A stretch of DNA of 64,000 bases from Octopus bimaculoides (GCF_001194135.2 NC_068981.1:53950324-54014323), one strand, 5' to 3'. Shown: positions 11,631 to 24,110, counted from the first letter of the stretch. Notes: generated from the sequence alone by a model not told the origin. Numbers and translations: made by a program.

Positions 11631-12529
11631 GCATATATATATATATATATATANNNNNNNNNNNNNNNNNNNNNNNNNNNNNNNNNNNNNNNNNNNNNNN
11701 NNNNNNNNNNNNNNNNNNNNNNNNNNNNNNNNNNNNNNNNNNNNNNNNNNNNNNNNNNNNNNNNNNNNNNNNNNNNNNNNNNNNNNNNNNNNNNNNNNNN
11801 NNNNNNNNNNNNNNNNNNNNNNNNNNNNNNNNNNNNNNNNNNNNNNNNNNNNNNNNNNNNNNNNNNNNNNNNNNNNNNNNNNNNNNNNNNNNNNNNNNNN
11901 NNNNNNNNNNNNNNNNNNNNNNNNNNNNNNNNNNNNNNNNNNNNNNNNNNNNNNNNNNNNNNNNNNNNNNNNNNNNNNNNNNNNNNNNTTTATTAAAACA
12001 TTAAGTAAACTAATAATTGTATCAGAGACAAAATGTATTAATAAAAAAGTTTACTAATTTGAAAATAGCGAATATCATTTTTTTTAATGAAATATATTTC
12101 AATTAAATTCTATTAAAAAAACACCGTATGCTGCAGACTCCAGAACTTTTTCACGGAACCCTGGGATGACTCGGAGTTCACTTTAGGAAATAGTAGGCGT
12201 GACATAATACCGATATTTGTAAAGATGAAGTATATCTCTGGTCAGTAAGTCATCTGTTGAGGTTGTCCCTCATGTTTAGTCCTGGTCATCTTTAATCGAG
12301 TACCTCTGGTCAAAGGCGTTCCAACTGCAATGTCTTATCTTTTTATCTACAGAATTTCATTATCCGATGTATTCTTTACTTTATTTCAAAGACAGTAGCA
12401 TACGATTTAATATGATTTGGCAACCATTTCTTGCAGGTCGAGCAAACATGTTTAGGAAGACTTGTTCATTTGCATGCTTTCCCATTGAAATATGAACATA
12501 GAATTTATAAAAACAAAATGAAGTATTTA

Positions 12530-12745
12530 TTTTTTATTGCCAACAAGGGGATAAACATAGAGGGGACAAAAAAATTAAGTTGATTACATCGATCCCAGTG
12601 CCTAACAAGTACTTATTTAATCGACCCCGAAAGGATGAAAGGCAAAATCGACCTCGGTGGAATTTGAACTAAGAACGTAACGGCAGACGAAATACCACTA
12701 AGTGTTTCGCCCGACGTACAAACGATTCTGCCAACTCGCCGCCCT
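12530..12745 (-). mobile_element. tRNA-derived SINE, family B (Meta-domain-like)
   Basis: tcgaccccgaaaggatgaaaggc is the reverse complement of GCCTTTCATCCTTTCGGGGTCGA (MetaSINE/Sauria-like core, from recall); B-box GTTCAAATTCC. Confidence 0.85.
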
Positions 12746-13317
12746 GACAGCGTGAAATATTGTATGCCATTAGATCTTACAATTGTACACCATATCTGTT
12801 TTACCAAATTTCACTCGATTAGCAAGTAATTAAATATAATCTTTTTTACATTTATTTGGACCTAAAGTTTCAAGTGAGAGTCTCGAGAGTTGATATGAAG
12901 TCAAATGCACTAACTTCATTTCTACATAATGGTACGTAGTTAATATCATTCAGTTTTGCTAACAAATCAATAATTATTGATCTTTCACTTTCTCTTGTTT
13001 GCTTGACAATTTATCAAGAGTTATCAGGCTTTCACTTTGATAGATGCATGGATGAAAGCAGATTCATCGGTCTTGTGATTGTTTAGTCACGTTAGTACTG
13101 ACGCATTGGTTAATGCAGTCATAAATACACATTGTCTGAAATAAAAGATGGAATGATCATGACTGGAATATTTTTGATCATAAGTCTACTTGATTAGAAG
13201 TTACTCAACACTAGCATCAGTAGCAACAATGACAACAACAAAAACAAAATACTAAGCAACGTTACAAACCATATAGAACAATGACTAGAACTACAATTAA
13301 TATACATCGCTCTAAGG

Positions 13318-13767
13318 CAGGGGTGGAGAAACCCCCGCCCGTGGGCGCAGTTGCCCACAGGCTAATATACTCGTATATACAAAATATTGCAAATTTTTCA
13401 ATTATAAAATTTATACAATATTCGTATGCCTATATGCGACACAGGTCTCGTTTCACTACGACTTAAAACGGTTAGACTCGAACAGAAAATCGTCCGATAA
13501 CTGCCATTTGAATGGAAATTTTGTTTTCACTATAAAGCACATATTGCTATGTATATACCATTCCCTTGAGACCCAACTACTCCCTGGCGGAAAAATACGG
13601 TATACCTCATAAGTAATATAAATGTCCTAAATTCAGTGGCGGCGTTAATGAAGATGTTACGAGTTAATTTAATGTGTTAAACTTATCTTTATTAATGTAT
13701 ATCGAATTACAAGAGTTAGAACTTGTGATCCGACCGCGGACCGCACTAAGAAGTTTCCTCACCCCTG
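13318..13767. mobile_element. hAT (Charlie-type) MITE, 450 bp
   Basis: TIRs CAGGGGTGGAGAAAC and GTTTCCTCACCCCTG (13/15); perfect 8-bp TSD CTCTAAGG at 13310-13317 and 13768-13775. Confidence 0.92.
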
Positions 13768-13771
13768 CTCT

Positions 13772-13985
13772 AAGGCGTCGAGTTGGCAGAATCATTAAGC
13801 ACACTGGGCAAAATGCTTAGCGTTATTTCGTCCTTTTTTACGTTGTGTTGAAATTTCGCCGAGGTCGATTTTGCCTTTCATCTCTTCGGGATCGATAAAA
13901 TAAGTACTAGTTGGATACTAGGATCGATGTGACCGACTTACGCCTCCCCTAAAATTGCTGACCCTGTGTCAAAATTTGAAACCAA
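13772..13985 (+). mobile_element. SINE family B
   Basis: aaggcgtcgagttggcagaatc head ... gcctttcatctcttcgggatcgataaaataagtac. Confidence 0.85.
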
Positions 13986-14244
13986 TATACATCATTCTAA
14001 TTAGTAGAGTATTAAATATCCTTGTCATTACAGTGTTGCTAACATCGCATGATACCTTGCAAAGGAGGAAACTATGAGGGTTAGCAGATAGATAACACAG
14101 TACCATGCATATGTTTCGTTAAAATAAGCAGAGTAAATAAAATAAAAAGAAAAAAAGAACTCGACAAATACTAAAACACTAACATAAAGGCAAAAAGATT
14201 AAACAAGTCTTATTACTTTTTTTTTCAGTCTTAGAAAAGTAAAC

Positions 14245-14273
14245 TCTGTGTGTGTATGTGTGTGTGTGTGTGT

Positions 14274-14337
<64 letters not shown>

Positions 14338-14445
14338 GAGAGAGAGAGAGAGACAGACANNNNNNNNNNAGAGAGACAGACAGACAGACAGAGAGAGAGA
14401 GAGAGAGACAGACAGAGAGAGAGAGACAGACAGAGAGACAGAGAG
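14245..14445. repeat. (GT)n(GA)n(GACA)n compound microsatellite
   Basis: Directly visible. Confidence 0.95.
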
Positions 14446-15313
14446 GCGACAACAAAGACGATGAAAAGCAATAGACGCACACATAACCTTTAAAATCAGT
14501 TAATCAAATAAATGTGATATCAAGTAATAGAAGGTATGAACAAGTCAGATATTCAAATCAATGTCAGTAAAACAAAATAAAAGATGAACAGCCGGTTATT
14601 AATGGCATCAAAGCATTTATAAATTAGTTTACAAATGTAAGTATAAAGATAACTAAACACAAAAAGAAACAGGAAAAGTCCACAGTAGTTCTTCATAGAC
14701 AGATGGATATTTGAAAAGTTTGTGTAATTTATATAATGAATTTCAAAACTAAAACAAGTATTGAAGATGTTAAACGCAGACATTCTGGACAACTGTTATA
14801 TAGTTTTAAAATCAAAAGAAAAAAACAGCATAACGGATAACATTAAAAAAATGTTTTACATTTATCTTTTAAATAATGTTCTAAACAAAACAACTTCTGC
14901 ATACCTTTAAACACGCATAGATTGTTATACACACATACACAAACACACAGAAACTCACTTACAGAAACACAGAAAAACGCGCGCATGCGCGCGCACACAC
15001 AGACACATACACACACACACACACACACTCACACTCGCACATGCACACACTCGAACACGCGCGCACACACAATTTATATCAGTCAGTCGGAACTATATAA
15101 ATCCGTGTGATCAAACTACAAGTTTGATCACATGAAAGATGTCTGAATCCTCAATCGGTCATTTTTTACCCTCCCCCTCTCTCTTTCTCTATGTGTGTGT
15201 GTGTGCGCGCGCTTCTGTGTGTATGCATGCTTGTCAACATACACATGCTGGTAAACACTAATATATATATATATATATTAGGTTCTGGTTTAGAGTGTTT
15301 TATATATATATAT

Positions 15314-15716
15314 ATTCTTTTATTCTTTTATTTGTTTCAGTCATTTGACTGTGGTCATGCTGGAGCACCGCCTTTAGTCGAGCTAATCGACCCCAGGACT
15401 TATTCTTTGTAAGCCTAGTACTTATTCTATCAGGCTTTCTTGCCGAACCGCTAAGTTACGGGGATGTAAACACACCAGCGTCGGTTGTCAAACGATGTTG
15501 CGGGGACAAACACAGACACACAAACGTATATATATATATATATATATATATTCGACGGGCTTCTTTCAGTTTCAATCTACCAAATCCACTCACAAGGCTT
15601 TAGTCGGCTCGTGGCTATAGTAGAAGACACTTGCCCAAGGTGCCACGCAGTGGGACTGAACCCGGAACTATGTGGTTGGTAAGCAAGCTACTTACTACAC
15701 AGCCACTCCTGCGCCT
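15314..15716 (-). mobile_element. SINE family A, near-complete copy
   Basis: Full tail, internal (CA)/(TA), CORE-like body and head AGGCGCAGGAGTGGCTGTGTAGT on the minus strand. Confidence 0.9.
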
Positions 15717-15728
15717 ATACTGTGTGAC

Positions 15729-15781
15729 GCTTACAGCACCTAGGTTTCTCAAGCGGTCACCCATCTAAGTACTCACTAGGC
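15729..15781 (-). pseudogene. 5S rRNA 3'-half fragment (or SINE3-like head remnant)
   Basis: Minus strand GCCTAGTGAGTACTTAGATGGGTGACCGCTTGAGAAACCTAGGTGCTGTAAGC aligns with the conserved animal 5S 3' half (GCC.GGTTAGTACTTGGATGGG.GACCGCCTGGGAATACCGGGTGCTGTAGGC). Confidence 0.75.
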
Positions 15782-16214
15782 TCAAATATATATATATATA
15801 TACATTTGCTGGCTAGCTGATGATTACCCTACTTATACAATCATGTAAGACCGTCAAACATACATTCAAGCGCACATGCAAACGCACGCACGCACACATA
15901 TAATATAAACACGTGTAAACTGATAGGTAAATGGGTACATTTTAATTTACACGTGTATATGATTTAAATATTTCTATGTGTATATTCATATACATATACA
16001 CATACACATGAAATTCGATGAAATATTTTAGTATGTCTTTATATGTAAGTGTATGTGTTTTTACACGTGTAACCTAAATGTAAACATATGTGTATCTATG
16101 TATTTAAGTCTAAGCACTTCGTTTCGTGGTTGGATCAACTTCATCTGACAGAACACCAACTATAAAATCACACAGAGATCTTGGAATAAGAGTGTAAGGA
16201 ATAAACACGAAGAA

Positions 16215-16320
16215 AGACTCTCTCCTTTCTCAGAGCGCCAAGCTAATATATTTTTTGTGCACGTCCGCACGTTCGTTTTTTTACGTTCTTTTGTTCGTTT
16301 ATTTGAATTGACTATATATA
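16215..16320 (+). mobile_element. Penelope-like terminal (pLTR) remnant
   Basis: ctctcctttctcagagcgcc...tgtgcacgtccgcacg...aattgactata resembles 17095-17190. Confidence 0.45.
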
Positions 16321-16599
16321 TATACGTACATATGCACACACGTACACATACATATATATATACAGTGAGAGCGACAGAGTGACAGAGGGAGAGATAGACA
16401 CACACACACACAGGCACCCATACAAACGTGGACACACATACACACGCACACACATATACACATTCTCACTCCTATGTACACATGCCAACATACACACGCG
16501 CGCGCACATACACAATCACACCACCCATTCACACACCTGTCACTATAACTGCTGAGCTCTCAAAGCAAAATTAACACACACGCACATAAATCCTACCAC

Positions 16600-16632
16600 A
16601 CGCACACTATCCTACTACATCCACACAGATAC

Positions 16633-16676
<44 letters not shown>

Positions 16677-16895
16677 CTCACACAAACACAAATATACACG
16701 CTACCACAGACACACACATACCGCACACAGTTACCACCACACGCACCCACAAACACGCGGTTACTGCCACACACACACACGCTACCATACATACACACAC
16801 TACCACACACACACTCACTACACACAGTTACTGCCACACACACACACGCGCTACCACACACACGCTACCGCACACTCGCTACCGCACGCACACAC
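16600..16895. repeat. Degenerate minisatellite of CTACC/GTTACTGCC motifs embedded in (CA)n
   Basis: Recurring gctaccac and gttactgccac motifs separated by variable CA runs. Confidence 0.7.
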
Positions 16896-16909
16896 ACATA
16901 CATGCCGCT

Positions 16910-17190
16910 ATCTTCATATTCTCCTGTCCCAGAAATCACTTTCTCTTCTTTCCTTCTACTTTCGGTCACTTTAGAAATGTGACCGAACGTGGACTATTGG
17001 CTATTTTTCCCCCTACTTCTTCCTTCTTTCCTTTTAGACTTCCCTGATTTTCCTGTTTCCGAAGAAGAAGTAAGCTCGAAACGTAAAACAACTACTCTCC
17101 TCTTTCTCTGAGCGTCGTCTTAATACATTGCTTGTGCTACGTCCTCACGTTTGTTTTTTTTTTCTTTTTCTGTTTAAAAATATTGACTAT
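16910..17190 (+). mobile_element. Penelope-like element terminus
   Basis: CA-rich tract upstream, pyrimidine-rich segment, hammerhead-like motif and shared tail. Confidence 0.5.
17054..17090 (+). ncRNA. Degenerate minimal type-I hammerhead ribozyme motif
   Basis: Stem I TGTTT/AAACA; core CCGAAGA (CUGANGA with U4 to C); extra A; damaged stem II; GAAA; palindromic ACGT stem III; cleavage-site A. Confidence 0.55.
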
Positions 17191-17261
17191 ACATATGTAT
17201 ATTTGTGTGTGTGTGTGTTATGTATGTATGTATGAATATATATATACATATATATATATAT

Positions 17262-17476
17262 GAGAGGTATTGGTATCTAGAAGACCCAAAGAGTGGCTGG
17301 TAGCGCTAAGTAAGTGCCATAGACAGACCGCAGTTAAACTCTTGGTTCGATAGTGATACGAGTGAGGAGTCTAATGTGGGTGTTGTATCGAACCAAGAGT
17401 TTAACTACGGTCTGTCTATGGCACTTACTTAGCGTTACCTGCCACGCTTTGAGTCTTCTAGATACCAATACCTCTC
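17262..17476. mobile_element. Hairpin MITE with 91-bp arms, inserted in (TA)n
   Basis: Arms 17262-17352 and 17386-17476 match at 86/91; 33-nt loop; a diverged solo arm lies at about 36390-36476. Confidence 0.9.
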
Positions 17477-17929
17477 GTGTATATATAAAGGAGTCTGCGA
17501 AACTTTAAGTCGCATAGAGCCGAATCAAACTGTTTTAATAACAATATATATAACTCCTACTAAATGTGTTGGTCTGCTTTTTCTTTCGTTTGTCCACTGA
17601 CTCGTACATACATACACACATACATACAATTATATGTGTGTGTGCGTGTATCAAACTTACTGTTAATAAAAGCCAGGGTTCGTTGCGTTCTGTTACTTAG
17701 TAAATGAAAAAATAAACAACGACAGGATAAAATATGAACAATGTATACTGGGTGTACTACCGGACGAGAGACAGATACAGAAGGTCCCTAGTTCTTCATT
17801 ATTTATCAACCAGATGGTATTACTCAGTTTTGTACCTTTAATGATAAGATTGAGAACTTCCCATGCTGGTGGTGCCCGCGAGAGTTACAGAGAATATAGG
17901 GACCGAGAGGAAACAAAACAATATAGAGT

Positions 17930-18320
17930 GGATATAACCCTAACTCTAAAACCCTATCTCTAACCCTAAAACCCTAACTTTAAAACCCGAACCCTAACCC
18001 TAACCCTAAAACCCCAAAGCTAAAACCAGTACAAACGCACGAACGATGTCATAAATAACAGTGACAAATGAAATATACACCGCCGATAGTTGTTGTTGAC
18101 AAACAACGGCAGTCATTTTATTCAGCTGAATACACGTCATTGATTGGTTGAAATTACAGAAATACGACAACTTTAACACGAAATAACTTTAAAAATATAA
18201 ACTTTTATCAACAACACTAAGAGTAAAAGATGTTTTAAATGACACATTCTACCAGTGTCCGAAGTTTGAAAGTGTTATAAAAAATTAATTTCTCGATGTG
18301 CCGTTCAAAGGGGAAAGATC

Positions 18321-18321
<1 letters not shown>
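17930..18321. mobile_element. Partial GGATCT-terminal MITE carrying degenerate (CCCTAA)n
   Basis: Shares arm sequence with 29222-29884 and 35320-35740; ends in ...GGGGAAAGATCC. Confidence 0.75.
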
Positions 18322-18406
<85 letters not shown>

Positions 18407-18455
18407 ATGTATGTGTGTGTGTGTGCGTATGTGTGTGTGTGCGTGTGTGCGCATC

Positions 18456-18603
18456 TTTGTGTCGGTTTGTCCCCCCACCACTGATTGACAAGCATTGTTA
18501 CTGTATTAACTGTATAAACTTAGCGGTTTAGCAAACGACATCCATATGATAAATTCTTCAAGGCGGTGCTCCAGCATGACCATATTCTAATGACTGAAAC
18601 TAG
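18456..18603 (+). mobile_element. SINE family A, 3' half
   Basis: aaggcggtgctccagcatgacc...aatgactgaaac tail. Confidence 0.7.
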
Positions 18604-18634
<31 letters not shown>

Positions 18635-18644
18635 NNNNNNNNNN

Positions 18645-18996
18645 GACTGCGGCCATGCTGGAGCACCACCTTTAGTCGACCCCAGGACTTATTCTTTGTA
18701 AGCCTAGTACTTATTCTATCGGTCTCTTTGGCCGAACCGTTAAGTTACGGGGACATAAACACACCAGCATCGGTTGTCAAGCGATGGTGGGGGGGACAAA
18801 CACAGACACACAAACATATACACACATATACATATATATATGCATATATACGACAGGCTTCTTTCAGTTTCCGTCTACCAAATCCACTCACAAGGCTTTG
18901 GTCGGCCCGAGGCTATAGTAGAAGACACTTGCACAAGGTGCCACGCAGTGGGACTGAACCCGGAACCATGTGGTTGGTAAGCAAGCTACTTAACAC
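18645..18996 (-). mobile_element. SINE family A
   Basis: Very close to the 15314 copy. Confidence 0.9.
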
Positions 18997-19340
18997 ACAT
19001 ATATATCAAAGAAATTTGTCAACAGTTTTCTCTAAGACAACTTTTCTTCTCAAGCATTCGTGCATTTGACGATACTAACAACGGCAGGTCAACATATTTA
19101 AATTAATTAAACGCATACGCATACATACAGAAGAGAGCATAGACATGCACACACAGATACACACATACACGTATATGTACGTGTACGTATGTGTGTGTAT
19201 GTGTGTATAGATATAAATCTGTATGCATATATGTATGTATATAATGAAATACACGCATACATACACTATTGCATACATGCTTAATACATACGCGTGTATG
19301 TTTTAGTGTGTGTGTGGATATACATATATATGACGATACT

Positions 19341-19378
<38 letters not shown>

Positions 19379-19405
19379 NNNNNNNNNNTATATATATATA
19401 TATAG

Positions 19406-19438
<33 letters not shown>

Positions 19439-20190
19439 AAGAGGGCAGCATATATGCGTGTGCCTCTGTGTGTGTGTGTGTGTGTATGTGTGTGTGTATG
19501 CGGATGCCTACGCACGCATAACCTCACACAGGTTTAATCATACAAAAGCGCATCTATACACTACATCTGTAGATTTACATTATCGTTACATCCTACGGCA
19601 TTTCGTATGCGGTTAGAGTACGGGGCGGAGGGATATATTCATTTTAGCAATTTTCCCTCAGACCATACGCGTAACACCTGCAACAGACCTCCCGTTGTTG
19701 ACGAAAAACATGTGTCAAGGAAAAAGAAAAAGAAAAAACTATAAAAACAAAACAAAATAGCGTACTGATCTGTGCAAAGCCACCAAGCAAATACTATCAA
19801 TTACTTAGGGCGTGATTTAACCCTTTTGAAGGCAATATTTCGGCTTTAGTTCAAGGTACAAGCGTTGTAGTGAACAAGTCAAAACGGCAAACAATCAGTT
19901 GTTCCGCGAATAACATTTTCGTGATATTTAAAGAAGCTCAAACTGAAATTCAGAAGAAAATTATGGGAAAAGGAGAGGAAAGACCTAGAAATATTTGAAT
20001 ACATCCGTTATATGCAACTGAAACAGGATTAGATAAAAAATAAGTATGATTCAAAGATGGCTCTCTTTCTCTCCATATATACATATGCTCAACTTTTGGT
20101 ATTCAAGTACTGTTTTTCCCACTTTGTTTTGCGCTTATGTGCCTATTCTTTTACCGAATAGCTAAGTTAGAAGCACGCGCGCGCGCGCGC

Positions 20191-20221
<31 letters not shown>

Positions 20222-20257
20222 TCCATTTATTCATTCCAATATAGATACATGTTTTCA

Positions 20258-20296
<39 letters not shown>

Positions 20297-20464
20297 CACA
20301 TTTTCAAAACGTATATATATATTTTGGAATGAATATATATATGTGTGTGTGTGTATGTACGTATGTATGTATGTGCGTGTGTATACACACGCACACACAC
20401 ACACACACACATACATACATACATACATATATATATATATACGTATACACACACACACACACAT

Positions 20465-20516
<52 letters not shown>

Positions 20517-20757
20517 GAGAAATTAAATTCAATGGAATAATTGCTCCTGAAATATAATGAAGAAGGATGAATTATAAAAAAATTATTAATCTGTATATTT
20601 GCGAACGTGTTTCATGTACTGTCTTCCCTTAAACGACTGTGTGTGGGAAACTAGATGAAGGAAATGACACGAGCACGTCATAAAGAGGCAGAAAAGAAAA
20701 GAGAGAAAAAAGATGTGGAAAAAGTTTGGGGGACAATATAAAAATGGGAGAAATATT

Positions 20758-21393
20758 CTTTTCAACTCTAGGCACAAGGCCAGAAATTTTAGGAGAGGGG
20801 ACCAGTCGATTAGATCAACCCAGTATACAACTGGCACTTAATTTATCGACCCTGAAAAGCAAAGTCGACTTCGGCGGAATTTGAACTCAGAGCATAAAGA
20901 CAGACGAAATACCGCTAAGCATTTCGCCCGACGTGCTAACGTTTCTTATTTCTTTATTGCTCACAAGGACCTAAACATAGAGGGACAAAAGGATTAAGTC
21001 GATTACATCAACCCCAGCGCGTAACTGGTACTTAATTTATCGACCCCGAAAGGATGAAAGGCAAAGTCGACCTCGGCGGAATTTGAACTAAGAACGTAAC
21101 GGCAGACGAAATACTGCTAAGCATGTCGCCCGGCGTGCTAACGTTTCTGCCAGCTCCCCGTCTTAAGATGGGAGAAATATTGTTTTCTACTCTAGGCACA
21201 AGGCCCGCGATTTTTGGAGAGGGGCCAGTCGATTAGATCGACCCAGTTTGCAACTGGTACTTAATTTATTGACACCGAAAATATGAATGACAAATTCGAT
21301 CGCGGCAGAATTTGAACTCAGAACGTAAAGACAGACAAAATACCGCTAAGCATTTCGTCCGGCGTGCTAACGTTTCTGTCAGCTCGCTGCCTT
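20758..21393 (-). mobile_element. Stack of three family B SINEs
   Basis: Three Meta-like cores; the 17-bp flank AA(A/G)ATGGGAGAAATATT occurs at 20741, 21165 and 21395. Confidence 0.88.
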
Positions 21394-22199
21394 CAAGATG
21401 GGAGAAATATTAAAAAATGTATGAGCTATGAGTAGATAAGATAAACGAAATAACAGGAAAGAAAACCTATTCAGTGGGCTTGTTATATACATACATACAA
21501 ATTCACAGGTACACAAGAAGGTAAAGCTTGAATAAGAACGATATTCATCCTAAATGTCGCGGCATAAAAATATATGAGAAAATATTGGAAGTACTGTGGA
21601 AAACCGAACCAAAAATAAACAACATGAAACACTTGGTATGTGTTAATTAGAGAATAATCTTTACTGTCTGATACGAATGGATAGAAGAGATGTTTAACTT
21701 CAGATTCTTAGTTTTCTCTTATCGATATAATTCATTGGAAAAGTTCAGTGACATATATTAGCTTCTCTTATATTCTGACTACTGATTTGGCTTTGAAGAA
21801 TAACGTTCCCAGTTGCCGTAATGCCAACTAGCTGCGATAGACGTGGACTTTTTTGGAAATAAGATATGTTTGTCTATTTTGAGATCGTCTGAGATTTTAT
21901 ATTATCCAGACGGTTATCTTTACAGTTTTGTGGGTAATACTCTTAATTTCGTAGCACGTAGGTATGATTTGTAAATTTTTCTTTGAGAAATATAGACTTT
22001 AGATTTATTTGAATAAAGAAAAACGATCTCAGTTTTATGAATTTAACTTATAAAAAGATAATTTGGCATTAATAAATATCCTTATTAATTTCATAATTTT
22101 TTTTTCAGGGAAACTCGACCATGTAATATTTATTTATTTTCAGTCTTGCATGATTTTGATAATACTAAAGAAAAACCTTACAAACAATTTAGTTTTGAG

Positions 22200-22520
22200 G
22201 TTTATTCTTTTATTTGGTTCGGCCAGGGGACTGCGGTCATGCTGGGGTATCGCTTTGAAGGATTTTAGACGAATACATAGGCCCCAGTGCCTATTCTTTT
22301 GCCGAATAGCTAAGTTAGAAGCACACAGACACACACATACACAGATACATATATGACGAGGTTCCACACACTTTCCGTCTATCAAATTTACTCACAATAC
22401 ATTGGTTGTCTAGGGTTTATAATAAAAATCAAATTGCCAAAGGGGCTACGTAGTGGGACTGAACCTAAAACCATGTAGTTACAAAATGAACTTCTTAACC
22501 ACACAGCAATGCATGCGCTT
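22200..22520 (-). mobile_element. SINE family A, diverged
   Basis: gactgcggtcatgctgggg...gtagtgggactgaacc. Confidence 0.75.
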
Positions 22521-23496
22521 ATAAGGTATAAAAACTAAACATCTTATAATAAGCTTATCTTAAAACAATCTTAGACTTCTAGTCATATAAAAAACATACT
22601 TATTCTTTTTTGTTTCGTACTTTTACCTTTCATTCATTTATTTTGCTCACTACTTCTTTTATATTCTTTTTTTTTTATTGTTTTCCCTTGTTTTCTGTTA
22701 TCTGTTTATAATCTCTCATTTTTTAAATTTCTTTTCCCCCACCCGCTGCCATATGTCAAGCGTGCATTGCCTACAGGGAAGTAATTATGAATGATGGAAG
22801 GATTACACCTTTTACAACGCGGAAAAAAAAAACAAAAAAAAAAACAAAATAACAAAAACATATTTATGAAACCTGTAATAGCAACAGGTGTAGAATTCCT
22901 GTTAATAATACTATCACTGTTCGAAAATCTTTTCTAATATTGTATAAGTTGTCGTTGAGGCTGTTATTGTTGTTTTTGTTATTTTTCTTTGAATTGTTAT
23001 CTTTTTCTAAATCATGTCCTTTGTGAACTGAACTTCAACTTTAAAATTATTCAGCGAATGAACGACCATTTAGGTTATTAACATTGAAATTCCAGCATAC
23101 CCAATACCAACTAACTCCCTGACATAGCTTTCGTGATGTGCTTACTAAATACGCTTTCCAGACGATCATTAATTGTCTCTTGAGCTAACACACGAATCTC
23201 CCTCTGACAGCCCAAAACAAATTAACCCAGTGTCCATAAGATTTTTTTTTTCTTCAGAAATGACATTGAAATGACAAGTAATCGATATATTCCTCATCTC
23301 TATCTTCTTCCTCATTTCATTAGTTCAACGAAGATATTTTTGTTTTACTATATAAAACAAAAGTGTTCATTAAAGAAAAATATCAGAAAATGAAAGAAGA
23401 GCGATGTAGATTGTTTGAAGCCGTTCTCTTCTGATGAAGTGCCTTTGTGCCTGAAATATATAAATATTACTGAACTTTCCCTTTTCACATTGTTAG

Positions 23497-23577
23497 AAGC
23501 TCCCCATCTTCATAATTACGAAATATTTAAAAGTATTTATAAGCGAATTCATTTAGAAGCGGCTTTTCGAAAATATG
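23497..23577 (+). CDS. Candidate 81-nt phase 1-1 internal exon (xAPHLHNYEIFKSIYKRIHLEAAFRKYx), product unknown
   Basis: Acceptor tactgaactttcccttttcacattgttAG, donor ATG|GTAAGG, open frame, length divisible by 3. No recognisable homology. Confidence 0.3.
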
Positions 23578-24110
23578 GTAAGGTTGTGAAAATTGTTCTA
23601 ACATGGTTATATTGTCTTAATCGTATTGTCATTATATTTTTAAAATCTACTCCAATTCATTTCTGTTGAGATGCATATACATCATATTATATTTTATGTC
23701 TGAATAGAATTTCAGAAATCTAAGTGTGTATGTGATGCGTGCACGTGTGTGTGTAAGGCGATGAAAATGTTTTCGAACACAGTGAAGCAGAACACTTGTG
23801 CGCAGCGCATGATCTATAGGAATACCGCAAATTTTTGAAGCGAATCGGTAAATGCAAGGATATTAAGAAAACCCAAGTGCTTTTCAATGCACCGCATCAG
23901 TGGATGTGTATTCCTTTGAAGCAAGTATAATGCATGAAGCCACATCTGTTTAAAAGCAATTTTAGTATCCGATATACATACACGGATACATACATATATG
24001 TGTGTGTGTGTGCGTGTTTATGTGTGTGTTTGGAAATGTGGGTGTGTATATATATATAATGAATATATATGTAAAGTGGACATATAAATATAATGAATAT
24101 ATATATATAA

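Noticed and set aside
23431-23470. CTGATGA...GAAA hammerhead-like spacing
   Set aside because: Stem II is bulged and stem I does not pair; likely chance in AT-rich DNA.
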